The translations under genes were made by a program, and so were the position numbers. From contig JBFWOE010000005.1 of assembly GCA_050250695.1 (NCBI GenBank), positions 1 to 63,252 on the forward strand: 63,252 nucleotides of DNA, read 5' to 3'. This DNA comes from Burkholderiales bacterium. Lineage in GTDB: Bacteria; Pseudomonadota; Gammaproteobacteria; Burkholderiales; SG8-41. The notes beneath the pieces were generated by a model. It was not told the DNA's origin. It worked only from the letters and a program-made list of their open reading frames with translations, and ran no database searches. The first letter of the stretch is position 1. Each line of letters begins with the position of its first letter. This document shows positions 8,455-18,311 of the stretch, piece by piece.

Positions 8455-10703
8455 TTGCCGGATAACAAGAACGAAGCAGTGGCAGGGGGCTGGCGGCACG
8501 GAAGCTGGTTGCGCAACAGCACTGCCGATGCCTGGGGCGGTTTTACAGCAGCCCTCATTGCCATTCCGCATGCAATGGGTCTCGGACTGCTGGCGTTCGC
8601 TGCGCTGGGACCGGCGTATGCACCGGTTGGTGTGGCGGCGGGGCTGCTGTCGGTAGTGGTCGGCAACCTGGTCGGCGGGCTGTTGCCTTCGGCCCGATGC
8701 CAGCTGATGGGTGCACGTACCTCTGCGACCGTCGTGTTTGCAGGCATTATTGCCGCCCTGGCCGTGCATCCGGCATTACAGGCGGGCAGCGGTCCGGATG
8801 TGCCCAAAGTGCTGACGCTGGCGTTCATGTCGCTGTTCCTCGCGGGCGTGATCCAGATGCTTTTCGGCCTGATGGGCCTGGGCAGAATCATCAAGTTTGT
8901 GCCCTACCCGGTGATTGCCGGGTTCATGAACGGGATCGCAATACTGATGCTGGTATCACAGGTAGCGCCCGCGCTTGGGCTCGAGGCCGGCAAGACCGTG
9001 CAGGAGATATTCACGGGCTCGCAGGCGATCCGGCCGGCGAGCCTGCTGGTGACCGGCATCGTGGTTGCCGCGATCTACGCAGTGCCGCGCTTCACGCAGA
9101 AATTTCCGGCGCTGCTCTGCGGGCTTCTGCTGGGGGTGATCGTACATCATCTGCTGGCGTGGCTCGCCCCGGCTTCAGTTGGGCCCCTGGTCGGAGCGCT
9201 GCCAACCGCCGGATTTGCGCCGCGTGAACTGGTGGCGATGATACATCTGGCGGGCACGGAGCCGCTGGTCATCTGGCTGGTTTATCTGCTGCCCGGTACC
9301 GCGTTGCTGGCAGCTGTGGTAGCGCTGGACGGGTTGCTGGCCGCTGTGTGACCGATCCCCTGACACGCAGTCGGCATGACAGCAATCGACTGCTCAAGGC
9401 GCAGGGTGCGGCCAATGCGCTCGCTGCGGCCTTCGGGGCCCTCCCGTCGGCCGCGAGTGCCCATACGCGGGTGGCTGCGTACCTCGTGGGTGCGCGCACG
9501 CCAGCGGTCGCGTTGTTCCATGCCCTGTTCATGCTGTCCGCAATGTTCGTGCTGGCTCCGCTGATCGCGGTGATTCCGGTGTCGGCGCTGGCGGGCATCA
9601 TCATCTACATCGCGCTGACCCTGGTCGACCGCTGGACGCGCGATCTTCTGCGCCGTCTGGGCAATGACGGCGGCGACAAGACGGAAATCCTGCTCAACAT
9701 CGCCGTGGTGTGCGGAGTCACGCTGTCGCTGCTGATGTTCAACATCATCGTTGCGTTCGGCATCGGCATTGCGGCGGCAGTCGTGCTGTTGCTGGTCCGG
9801 TTGAGCGGCTCCCCTGTGCGTCGCGCCCTCGACGGCTCGATCCGGTCATCGCTCAAGGTGCGCAGCCCGGAGGAACGCGCGATGCTGCTGCCGAAATCAA
9901 GGTTGATCCGCATTCTCGAACTGGAAGGCACGCTTTTTTTCGGTACGACCGACCGGTTGCAGACCCTCGTCGAGAGCCTGCCCGAGGAAACCCGTTTCGT
10001 GATCCTTGATTTCCGCATGGTGACCGACATCGATGCCAGCGGTGCGCGGTCGCTGGAAACGATGGGACATATGGCCGCGCGCCGCGGCATGCGTATTCTT
10101 TTCAGCCATGTCCGCGAGCAAGACGCGCATGGACGTTATCTCCGCGCGCTGGGAATTGATGCCGTGGTTGGCAGTGCCCACTGGTTTGCCGACCTGGACC
10201 GGGCGCTGGAGTGGGCCGAGGACACGTTGCTGGATCGAGAGCGGTTTGAGGATGCGCCGGAAATCGACCCCCGGGACATGGCGCTGTTTTCGGGACTCGA
10301 TGCCGCTGAAATGACCACTGTCTGCGCCCTGCTGGAACGGCGGGAGTTTGCGGACCGGGAAGTCATTTTCAACGAAGGCGACGAGGATGACAGCGTTTAT
10401 CTGATTGCGCGCGGCTCGGTGAGCATCAAGATCCAGTTGGGCGATGACACCCGGGCGCGGCGGCTCGCGACCTTAATGCCGGGCGTTTTTTTCGGTGAAA
10501 TGGCGATGATCGAAGGGCAGCGGCGTTCGGCTGATGCCTTCGCGAACGGAGAGCAGGTTGTGCTGTATGCACTGCCCGGACGGGCACTTTCAGACCTGAT
10601 GCAGCGCTACCCGCAGCTCGCGCTCAAAATCTACCGTAACCTCAGCCGCGAACTGGCTGCAAGGCTGCGCTCCACCAGTTCGGCTTTGAGGGCGCTGGAA
10701 TAA
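8455..10703 (+). pseudogene. SulP family anion transporter with STAS and cNMP-binding domains, split by a frameshift near 9348 (pseudogene or sequence error)
   Basis: 5' part has the SulP motif GRIIKFVPYPVIAGFMNG; 3' part has LEGTLFFG (STAS) and FFGEMA..RSADA (cNMP). Junction GCT GTG TGA CCG is restored to A-V-V-T-D by adding one G. Confidence 0.8.
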
Positions 10704-10722
10704 GGCCGGTCGTTTTCCTGAT

Positions 10723-11385
10723 TCAGGTCAGGAGCATGGTTTTCAGCTTGGCCACCGCTGCGCCCGGCGAATTGAAGATCGGGATGCTGCTCACCGCCGC
10801 GACCGCAGGTACCGCGCGCGACAGCGTGAACTGGGCAAGGACGATGACGTCGCAGTCCCTGATCTCTTTTGCCTTTGCGGCAACCAGCGCGTCATGTTTC
10901 GCGGCATCGCCGCCAGCGAGTGCATCGAAGGCGTGGTCCACCACGTACGGCACCAGTTCGACTTTCTGCCCGCGCGCGGCGGCCATCTCGAGGATCTCCG
11001 CGGAGATCGACGGGATGGTCGGTCCCACGGTTGCCATCACCGCGATGCGTGAACCCGCGTCCAGCGCCTGCTCGATCATTGCGTCGTTGGGCTTGAGGAT
11101 CGGCAGGTCAAACTCGGCGATGCAGGTGTCGATGACTTCGCGGAATGCCGAGCAGGTGAAAAGGATGCCGTCGGCGCCGCGGGACTCGATGTAGCGCGTC
11201 AGCGTACGGAACACGTCGTACATTTCCGGCACCACGCCGCCGGCTTCGCGCACCCAGGCGAACAGGCCGTCGTCGAGCAGGTTGCTGATGCGCGCTTGCG
11301 GCCAGTCGGCGGCAAAGGCGCGCACGGCGGCTTCCAATGCGTCCTTGTGGACGCTGAACAGAACGATATTGGGGCATTGCGTCAT
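10723..11385 (-). CDS. Asp/Glu/hydantoin racemase family protein
   Basis: GADGILFTCSAF and DVIVLAQFTLS motifs. Confidence 0.8.
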   Translation of the reverse strand: MTQCPNIVLFSVHKDALEAAVRAFAADWPQARISNLLDDGLFAWVREAGGVVPEMYDVFRTLTRYIESRGADGILFTCSAFREVIDTCIAEFDLPILKPNDAMIEQALDAGSRIAVMATVGPTIPSISAEILEMAAARGQKVELVPYVVDHAFDALAGGDAAKHDALVAAKAKEIRDCDVIVLAQFTLSRAVPAVAAVSSIPIFNSPGAAVAKLKTMLLT

Positions 11386-11521
11386 GCGGTGCCGCGCCTT
11401 TCGTCATTTACCGGGAATCAGGGTCGGGTCCGGCACCCCGGATCCGGCATTGTCGCGAATCTGCCATAAATTCTTAACACAATGGAACCGGTTCCCAGAT
11501 TCGCCACAACCGGATTACATC

Positions 11522-12448
11522 ATGAATGACAGCAACGCCACCAATTCAGACCAAGTGTTCCGCCGCGCATACAGCGAAATGCTCGACAGCTTCGACGAAG
11601 AACTCGAAATGGAAATCGACGACGGCCGGCTGGACGGCATTTTATCCGACATTGCCGAACATCCTGACCGGCAGAGCCTGGACCGCCGGGCTTATTTCAG
11701 GGAACTCTTCCGCCTGCAGGGCGAGCTGGTCAAACTGCAGGACTGGGTGGTGCACCGGAAACTCAAGGTGGTGATCCTGTTCGAGGGGCGCGATGCGGCC
11801 GGGAAGGGCGGCGTGATCAAGCGCATTACCCAGCGGCTCAATCCGCGCATCTGCCGCGTTGTCGCCCTGCCGGCTCCGAACGACCGCGAGCGCACGCAGT
11901 GGTATTTCCAGCGCTACGTGCCCCACCTTCCGGCCGGCGGGGAGATCGTGCTGTTTGACCGCAGCTGGTACAACCGCGCAGGCGTCGAGAAAGTCATGGG
12001 TTTCTGCAGCGACGAGGAATACGAGGAGTTTTTCCGCACGGTGCCCGAGTTTGAACGCATGCTGCTTCGGTCGGGGATCATCCTGCTCAAATACTGGTTC
12101 TCGATCACCGACGAGGAACAGCATCTGCGATTCAAGATGCGCATCCATGACCCGCTCAAGCAATGGAAGCTGAGTCCCATGGATCTCGAATCGCGCCGGC
12201 GCTGGGAGATCTACACCAAAGCCAAGGAAACGATGCTGGAACGCACCAATTTCCCCGACGTGCGCTGGTGGCTGGTGGAAGCCGTGGACAAGAAACGGGC
12301 GCGGCTCAACTGCATGCACCACATCCTGTCGCAGATTCCGTATGACGAGGTTCCGCACAGGGAAATCGCGCTGCCCGAGCGCCAGCGCAACCCCGACTAC
12401 TCGCGGATGCCGATGCCGCAGGAACTGTACGTGCCCGCGATCTACTGA
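11522..12448 (+). CDS. ppk2: polyphosphate kinase 2
   Basis: FEGRDAAGKGG Walker A, FDRSWYNRAGVE, KQWKLSPMD. Confidence 0.95.
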   Translation: MNDSNATNSDQVFRRAYSEMLDSFDEELEMEIDDGRLDGILSDIAEHPDRQSLDRRAYFRELFRLQGELVKLQDWVVHRKLKVVILFEGRDAAGKGGVIKRITQRLNPRICRVVALPAPNDRERTQWYFQRYVPHLPAGGEIVLFDRSWYNRAGVEKVMGFCSDEEYEEFFRTVPEFERMLLRSGIILLKYWFSITDEEQHLRFKMRIHDPLKQWKLSPMDLESRRRWEIYTKAKETMLERTNFPDVRWWLVEAVDKKRARLNCMHHILSQIPYDEVPHREIALPERQRNPDYSRMPMPQELYVPAIY

Positions 12449-12531
12449 ATCGCAGGGCATTGACCCTGTGGCCCGCGCAGCCCGTACAATGGGCGGCGGC
12501 ATTCCTGCCATATCAATCCGTCACCAGGCCC

Positions 12532-12960
12532 ATGACCAAATCCTTCGCCCTGCGCATCGCCGCGATGAACGCGATGTACAAACTGCCAGCTAACGAAAAA
12601 CCCGTGCTGCCCGAGGACACCGTCGGGCGCCTGACCAAGTTCAAGGCTACGCTGCTCGACGAAGTGCACGAGATCGATGAAATCGTCGCTCTGGCGCAGC
12701 GCGGCACCCCCCGGATTGACATCCTGGTGGCGATGGCCGACCTGCTTGGCGACGTGATCGTCTACTGCCGCTCCGAGGCGCTGAAATACGGATTGCCGCT
12801 CGAAGAAGTGCTCGACATCATCATGGACAGCAACGAAAGCAAGCTGGGCGCCGACGGCAAGCCGATCTACGACGCCAACGGCAAATTTCTCAAGGGGCCG
12901 AATTACTGGAAACCCGAACCGAAGATCAAGGCGTTGCTGGAAGCTGCGGCGGGCCGATAA
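12532..12960 (+). CDS. MazG-like / PRA-PH nucleoside triphosphate pyrophosphohydrolase family protein
   Basis: DEVHE, ADLLGDVIVY, IMDSNESKLGADGKPIYDANGKFLKGPNY. Confidence 0.85.
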   Translation: MTKSFALRIAAMNAMYKLPANEKPVLPEDTVGRLTKFKATLLDEVHEIDEIVALAQRGTPRIDILVAMADLLGDVIVYCRSEALKYGLPLEEVLDIIMDSNESKLGADGKPIYDANGKFLKGPNYWKPEPKIKALLEAAAGR

Positions 12961-12963
12961 CCT

Positions 12964-12993
12964 GCGCCGTTCCGGTGCCCGCCGGAACGGCGC
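12964..12993. terminator. GC-rich hairpin between convergent genes
   Basis: GCGCCGTTCCGG-TGCCCG-CCGGAACGGCGC inverted repeat. Confidence 0.55.
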
Positions 12994-13017
12994 GGTTTCG
13001 GCCCCGGCCGCCGGCGA

Positions 13018-13989
13018 TCAGTCCAGCCGGATATTCGCCGCCTTGATGACCCTGGCCCATTTGGCGATCTCGCTGACCATGTATCGGCCCAGCTCCCCGG
13101 GCTTGCCGCCGTCCGGTTCGATGCCGGACTTGGTCAGGAAGGCGCGGATACCGGGGTCGCCCAGCACCTTGCGGAACTCCTCGTTGATCCTGGCGATAAC
13201 CGGCTGCGGCGTGCCCTTGGGCGCGACGATGCCGTACCAGACCCCCGAGTCGTAACCTGGCACGCCGGATTCCGCGACAGTGGGCACACCAGGCATGCTG
13301 TTGACCCGCTTGGTGGTGCTCACCGCGATGGCGCGGATGCGCCCGGCCTTGATGTGCGCGGCGGAAGCAATTGGCGTTGCGAACAGCAGCTGGGTCTGTC
13401 CCGAAATCGTATCCACCAGCGCCGGACCGCCGCCCTTGTACGGCACATGCACGAGCTTGATGCCGGTGATGGTTTTCAGCAGTTCGGTTGCCAGGTGCGC
13501 ACCGGAGCCGTTGCCGGAGGAGGCGTACAGAATCTCGTCGGGATGTTTTTTTGCGACGGCGATCACATCCTTCATGGTTTTCACCGGCAGCGACGGATGC
13601 GCAACCAGCAGATAGGCGCCGCTGCCGAGCAGGGTGACCGGTTCGAAGTCCTTCACCGGATCGTAGGGCAGTTTATTGTACAGGCTGACATTGACTGCGA
13701 GCTGGGCGGTCAGGCCCATGGCGATGGTGTAGCCGTCGGGAGCCGAACGCGCCGCGGCTTCCATGCCGATGCTGCCGCCCGCGCCGCCGCGGTTGTCGAC
13801 GACAACCTGGTGGCCGATGTTTTCGGACATCTTGCGGGCGACCGGCCGCGCAATGGTGTCACTGCCGCCGCCGGGTGGATAGGGCAATATGAAGCGGATC
13901 GATTTGGCGGGATAGGTCTGTGCCAGCACGGCGGGGGTGGCAACCAGCGCGACGAGCACCAGCAGCGACAGACCAGCGGTTTTATTCAT
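13018..13989 (-). CDS. Bug/TctC substrate-binding protein
   Basis: YPAKSIRFILPYPPGGGSD, HVPYKGGGPA. Confidence 0.93.
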   Translation of the reverse strand: MNKTAGLSLLVLVALVATPAVLAQTYPAKSIRFILPYPPGGGSDTIARPVARKMSENIGHQVVVDNRGGAGGSIGMEAAARSAPDGYTIAMGLTAQLAVNVSLYNKLPYDPVKDFEPVTLLGSGAYLLVAHPSLPVKTMKDVIAVAKKHPDEILYASSGNGSGAHLATELLKTITGIKLVHVPYKGGGPALVDTISGQTQLLFATPIASAAHIKAGRIRAIAVSTTKRVNSMPGVPTVAESGVPGYDSGVWYGIVAPKGTPQPVIARINEEFRKVLGDPGIRAFLTKSGIEPDGGKPGELGRYMVSEIAKWARVIKAANIRLD

Positions 13990-14031
13990 GATGCTTCCTC
14001 CTCGTTAGATTTTTGACGGGGCGGACCAGGA

Positions 14032-15186
14032 TCAGCCCCGGCCTTCGTGCGAGCTGATGGCGATCACGGCCCGCGAGTCCGTGCGGTTGCTCCAGGCGTG
14101 GCGTACGCCCTTGAGCAGCGCAACTTCGCCTGCCTTGAAGCCGACTTCCTCTTCGTCCAGCACCAGCACCAGTTCGCCCTCGAGCACGACACAATAGTCG
14201 AAAGTCTGCGTTTTCTGCAGGTAAGGGTGTTTGGCGGCGGCATGCCATGCTGAAGCCCGGGGTGAGCCCATGGCAGCAAAATGTTTCTCCACGTCCTGCC
14301 TGGTGATTTTGCCCGGCCAGCTCCGGTCCGGGGGCAATATGTCGACGCGGAAGATGGTGCCGCCGTTGCGCGGTTCCATTGTCCGCGGCAGGTGCAGTGT
14401 TTCGTAGACGATCTTCGCCGGACAGCTGTCGGTGACCCACATGCGCTGAGAGGCGTAGCCGGGCCGTGCCGGATCCAGCAGCACGTCAGGGCAGGGACCG
14501 TCGCTGACGATCACGCTTCTGCCGTCCGCAGGCCGGTCGATGGTGACGATGCGGCGGTTCAGCTTGATGGCGGGCGGCGGCGCGCCAGGCTTGAGCGGCG
14601 CATCGTTGCCGGTGGCGTTGCCATTGCCCCCGGGAAAATCCGCGCCGATCATGTCGAAGGCCATCTGTGCGTCGGTCGGATAGGCCCACTCATGCCAGGC
14701 ACCGACCTGGATCACGATGTCCCCCGGCTGCATCAGCACCGTGCCTTCATCGAGGCGCAGTTCGCGGTTGCCGTTCAGCATCATTCCGTAATCCACGGTC
14801 TGCGTTTTGTGCATCGACGAGGTGTAGAGGCTGTTGCCGCCGCGGTCCCAGGTGCCGGTGGTGCCGGGACGCAGCCTGGGCGGATGGTGGGGAATGACTT
14901 CGGGGTCTTGCGCGGGATCGTAGTCCGCAGGCCGGCCCACGCTCTGTACCACGCGCAGGTGGCCGCCGCGCGGTTCACCGGGAAAACGGTATTTGAGCAG
15001 GCTGTCGTCGCTGGTTCCGGAGAGCACCAGCGGCGAGTCGTTCCACACCCACAGATCGGTGTGGCCGCGTCCGGCGGACATCGACGAGGGGTGCGAGTTC
15101 GGCGCCGCTCCGTCGATCAGTACGGCAGAGCGGCCCGCGGCGTTGTTGCCGGCGACCAGCCGTCGTACCGGTTTCAGGGTGGACAT
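14032..15186 (-). CDS. tandem cupin domain protein
   Basis: Two repeats: RRLVAG..GRS / RRIVT..GRS; MHKTQTVDYG / LQKTQTFDYC; HEW / HAWSNR. Confidence 0.82.
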   Translation of the reverse strand: MSTLKPVRRLVAGNNAAGRSAVLIDGAAPNSHPSSMSAGRGHTDLWVWNDSPLVLSGTSDDSLLKYRFPGEPRGGHLRVVQSVGRPADYDPAQDPEVIPHHPPRLRPGTTGTWDRGGNSLYTSSMHKTQTVDYGMMLNGNRELRLDEGTVLMQPGDIVIQVGAWHEWAYPTDAQMAFDMIGADFPGGNGNATGNDAPLKPGAPPPAIKLNRRIVTIDRPADGRSVIVSDGPCPDVLLDPARPGYASQRMWVTDSCPAKIVYETLHLPRTMEPRNGGTIFRVDILPPDRSWPGKITRQDVEKHFAAMGSPRASAWHAAAKHPYLQKTQTFDYCVVLEGELVLVLDEEEVGFKAGEVALLKGVRHAWSNRTDSRAVIAISSHEGRG

Positions 15187-15448
15187 GAATGCGTGCTTTC
15201 GGAAGGAGTCAGAAAAGTTCCCTGATTAATCCGGGATCAGAGCAAACATCATATTCAATTTCTCTGAGACGGGCGACGCGGAGGCCAGACTCTGGAATTT
15301 TCGTGCCGCGGGCGTGCCGTACCGGCCAGAAGGTGGCGGCCGCCCGGATCACCCCTGAAACGGATCTGCATCCATGGCTTATGATGGGGGCGTCGCGGCA
15401 GCATGCTGCGCGATGCTCGCATCAATTGTTAGCCCGGAGGAGTCCACC

Positions 15449-15955
15449 ATGCCCATCACCATGTATGCCGCCAGTGCACCGCGTTTCGTACACATGCTGA
15501 ACAACCTGTCGGCGCTGCTCGACAAGGCGCAGGCCCACATCGACGCCAGGAAGCTCGACCCCGCTGCGCTGACCACGGCACGGTTGTTTCCCGACATGTT
15601 CAATTTCGCGCGCCAGATCCAGGTGTGCTGCGACGTGGCCAAGGGCGCGGTGGCGCGGCTGGGCGGCGTCGAAGTGCCGAAGCACGAGGATACCGAGCAG
15701 ACCATCGCCGAACTGAAGGGGCGCATCGCCAAGACCATCGCCTTCATCAACAGCGTGCCGCAGGCGGCGATCGACGCCAGCGCCGAACGCGACGTCACGC
15801 TGAAACTGGGTCGGGGCGAATACACCTTCAAGGGCATGCAATACCTGCTCAACTTCGCGCTGCCGAATTTCCATTTCCATGCCGCGACTGCCTACAACAT
15901 CCTGCGCCACAACGGCGTCGAGCTGATCAAGAAGGATTTCATCGGGAACTTCTGA
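15449..15955 (+). CDS. DUF1993 (DinB-like) protein
   Basis: ARLFPDMF..QIQ and LPNFHFHAATAYNILRHNGV motifs; GGAGG RBS. Confidence 0.9.
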   Translation: MPITMYAASAPRFVHMLNNLSALLDKAQAHIDARKLDPAALTTARLFPDMFNFARQIQVCCDVAKGAVARLGGVEVPKHEDTEQTIAELKGRIAKTIAFINSVPQAAIDASAERDVTLKLGRGEYTFKGMQYLLNFALPNFHFHAATAYNILRHNGVELIKKDFIGNF

Positions 15956-16154
15956 GCGGCACCTCGCAATCGTTGCGGTTCGGGCGGAGGGTCGGGGCGC
16001 GGACCGGGTGGCTGAGGCGCCGGCGGCTCGATGATCTCGGGCTGCTCAGGTGGTGTTCGCGGCGGCAGGATGATGATGTCCGGCGGTTCGCGATCCGGCG
16101 GCAGCGGCGGGATGTCGGACGGCGCGCCAGGCGGCGTATGTGCCCGCCGCAGCT

Positions 16155-16667
16155 TCAATAGCCTTTCTTGTAAATCGTGCCGCCGCATTGCAGGCAGGCT
16201 TCGATCAGGGTGGTTTTTTTCAGCTGCGTCTGCGCATTGCATTTCAGGCAGGTCAGCGTGCCGGCACTGGTGATTTCGCCGGCGCTGTAGACCAGTGCGT
16301 CGTTGGCCCTGTCGGACAGGTTGAGCAAACCTTTACCGAACAGCCTGAACGCTGCAGCCGTTGCCGCCAGTGCGCCCGCGCCCAGTCGCGCCGGGTGGAA
16401 GCGTTCCTTCGCTTCCTCGCCCAGCTGTTCCATGTCCTTCGAGGTCTGTGCCATGTCGCGTTTCAGGTATTCGCGGAACTGCTTGCCCTGCTCGGCGCTG
16501 ATTTCGCCCAATGCCACCAAATTGTCGTGGGCGATGGTCATCGAGGCTTCCAGCGCCTCGCGGCCCTTGGCCTGGCTCGCTTCCATTGCTTCGCGAAAAC
16601 GGTTGACGTAGCGGTCGTACTGCGACTCGGCGCGTTCATTCGCCTGTTTTCCCTGTGTTTTTTCCAT
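16155..16667 (-). CDS. zinc-ribbon-containing protein (DUF1451-like)
   Basis: YLKRD, YSAGEITSAGTLTCLKC...CLQCG; GAGGAG RBS. Confidence 0.8.
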   Translation of the reverse strand: MEKTQGKQANERAESQYDRYVNRFREAMEASQAKGREALEASMTIAHDNLVALGEISAEQGKQFREYLKRDMAQTSKDMEQLGEEAKERFHPARLGAGALAATAAAFRLFGKGLLNLSDRANDALVYSAGEITSAGTLTCLKCNAQTQLKKTTLIEACLQCGGTIYKKGY

Positions 16668-16753
16668 GATGTCCTCCTCTGTTGCCGGTTGCGTTTCATT
16701 AAGTGTGACCGCAACATCCGGTGATGGTTCGCGGATCCGGTAAGCTTGGGGGC

Positions 16754-18247
16754 ATGAATGCAAGCACCACGCCGGCCTACGCCGAACTCACCCGCGTCTA
16801 CACGCGGCTCTACCGCTACAGCCACCTGTCATCCATCGTCGGCTGGGACCGCAACGCGATGATGCCGCCCAAGGGCAACGAAGCGCGCGCCGCCGCCGAG
16901 GCCGAACTCTCGGCGCTGATCCACCGCACGCGCACCGATCCGCGGCTCAAAACATGGATGGATGCGGCGGAACAGGAACCGCTGGACGAACTGGCCCGCG
17001 CCAACCTGCGCGAAATCCGACGCGACTGGCGCGATGCCAACGCGCTGCCTGAATCGCTGGTCGAGGCGAAGACGCTGGCCGGTGCGCGCTGCGAACACGC
17101 CTGGCGCAGCCAGCGTCCCGCCAACGACTGGAAGGGCTTTCTCGAAAATTTCCGCGAAGTGGTGAAACTGTCGCGCCAGGAGGCGCAGCTGCTGGCCGAC
17201 GACAGCGGGCTCACGCGCTACGACGCGCTGATGGACCGTTACGAGCCCGGGGTGCGTGCGGTGGACATCGACCGCATCTTCGGCGACGTCAGGACCTGGC
17301 TGCCGGAGCTGATCACGAAGGCGCAGGCGAAGCAGGCGGGCGAAACCGTGATCGCCCCTGCGGGCCCTTTCCCGGTGGCGGCGCAGCGCGCGCTGAACCG
17401 CGAGGTAATGACGCTGCTGGGTTTCGATTTTGCGGCGGGTCGCCTCGACGAGAGTGCGCATCCGTTCAGCGGCGGCGTACCCGAGGACGTGCGCCTGACG
17501 ACGCGTTACAGCGAAAACGATTTCACACGCAGCCTGCTCGGCACCATCCACGAAACGGGGCATGCGCGCTACGAACAGAACCTGCCGCGCGACTGGCTGG
17601 GTCAGCCGGTCGCCGCCGCGCGCTCCTTCGGCATCCACGAAAGCCAGAGCCTGTCCTTCGAAATGCAGCTTGCACGCAGCCGCGCTTTCGCCGGGGTGCT
17701 GGCGCCGCTGCTGCGCAAACATTTCGGCGGCCAGCCGGCATTTGATCCCGACAACCTCCATCGCCTGTGGACACGCGTGAAGCCGGGACTGATCCGCGTC
17801 GACGCCGACGAGGTGACCTACCCGGCGCACGTGATCCTGCGCTACGAAATCGAGCGCGCGCTGGTCGAGGGCGAGATCGAGCCCGACGACATCCCTGCGC
17901 TGTGGGATGAAAAGATGAAAACCCTGCTGGGACTCGACACCCGCGGCAACTACAAGGACGGCTGCCTGCAGGACGTGCACTGGACCGAGGGCGCATTCGG
18001 CTATTTCCCGAGTTACACACTGGGCGCGATGTACGCCGCCCAGTGGTTTGCGGCGATGCTGCGCGTAACGCCGGATCTCGATGCGCGCATTGCAGCGGGC
18101 GATGTTGCGCCGGTGTTCGAATGGATGCGCGACCATGTCTGGTCGCAGGCGAGCCGCTGGCCGATGCCGGAACTGGTGCGCCGCGCCAGCGGCGAAGCGC
18201 TGAACCCCCGGCATTTCCGCCAGCATCTGGAATCGCGATACCTGTAG
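16754..18247 (+). CDS. carboxypeptidase Taq (peptidase M32)
   Basis: HPF, DVRLTTRY, HETGH, HESQS, IRVDADEVTY, QDVHW, GYFPSY. Confidence 0.95.
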   Translation: MNASTTPAYAELTRVYTRLYRYSHLSSIVGWDRNAMMPPKGNEARAAAEAELSALIHRTRTDPRLKTWMDAAEQEPLDELARANLREIRRDWRDANALPESLVEAKTLAGARCEHAWRSQRPANDWKGFLENFREVVKLSRQEAQLLADDSGLTRYDALMDRYEPGVRAVDIDRIFGDVRTWLPELITKAQAKQAGETVIAPAGPFPVAAQRALNREVMTLLGFDFAAGRLDESAHPFSGGVPEDVRLTTRYSENDFTRSLLGTIHETGHARYEQNLPRDWLGQPVAAARSFGIHESQSLSFEMQLARSRAFAGVLAPLLRKHFGGQPAFDPDNLHRLWTRVKPGLIRVDADEVTYPAHVILRYEIERALVEGEIEPDDIPALWDEKMKTLLGLDTRGNYKDGCLQDVHWTEGAFGYFPSYTLGAMYAAQWFAAMLRVTPDLDARIAAGDVAPVFEWMRDHVWSQASRWPMPELVRRASGEALNPRHFRQHLESRYL

Positions 18248-18311
18248 CCGGTCAGCAGAATAAAATGAATCCGGTTCCCATCCCGGGACGCGGCAGCGGA
18301 GGACGCAAGCC

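Noticed and set aside
9349-9351. TGA in the SulP gene as a Sec codon
   Set aside because: The downstream coding sequence is in a different frame, so this is a frameshift.
15892-16242. Pro-rich minus-strand ORF
   Set aside because: As drawn it overlaps two well-supported genes and is low complexity; a shorter real peptide cannot be excluded but is unsupported.
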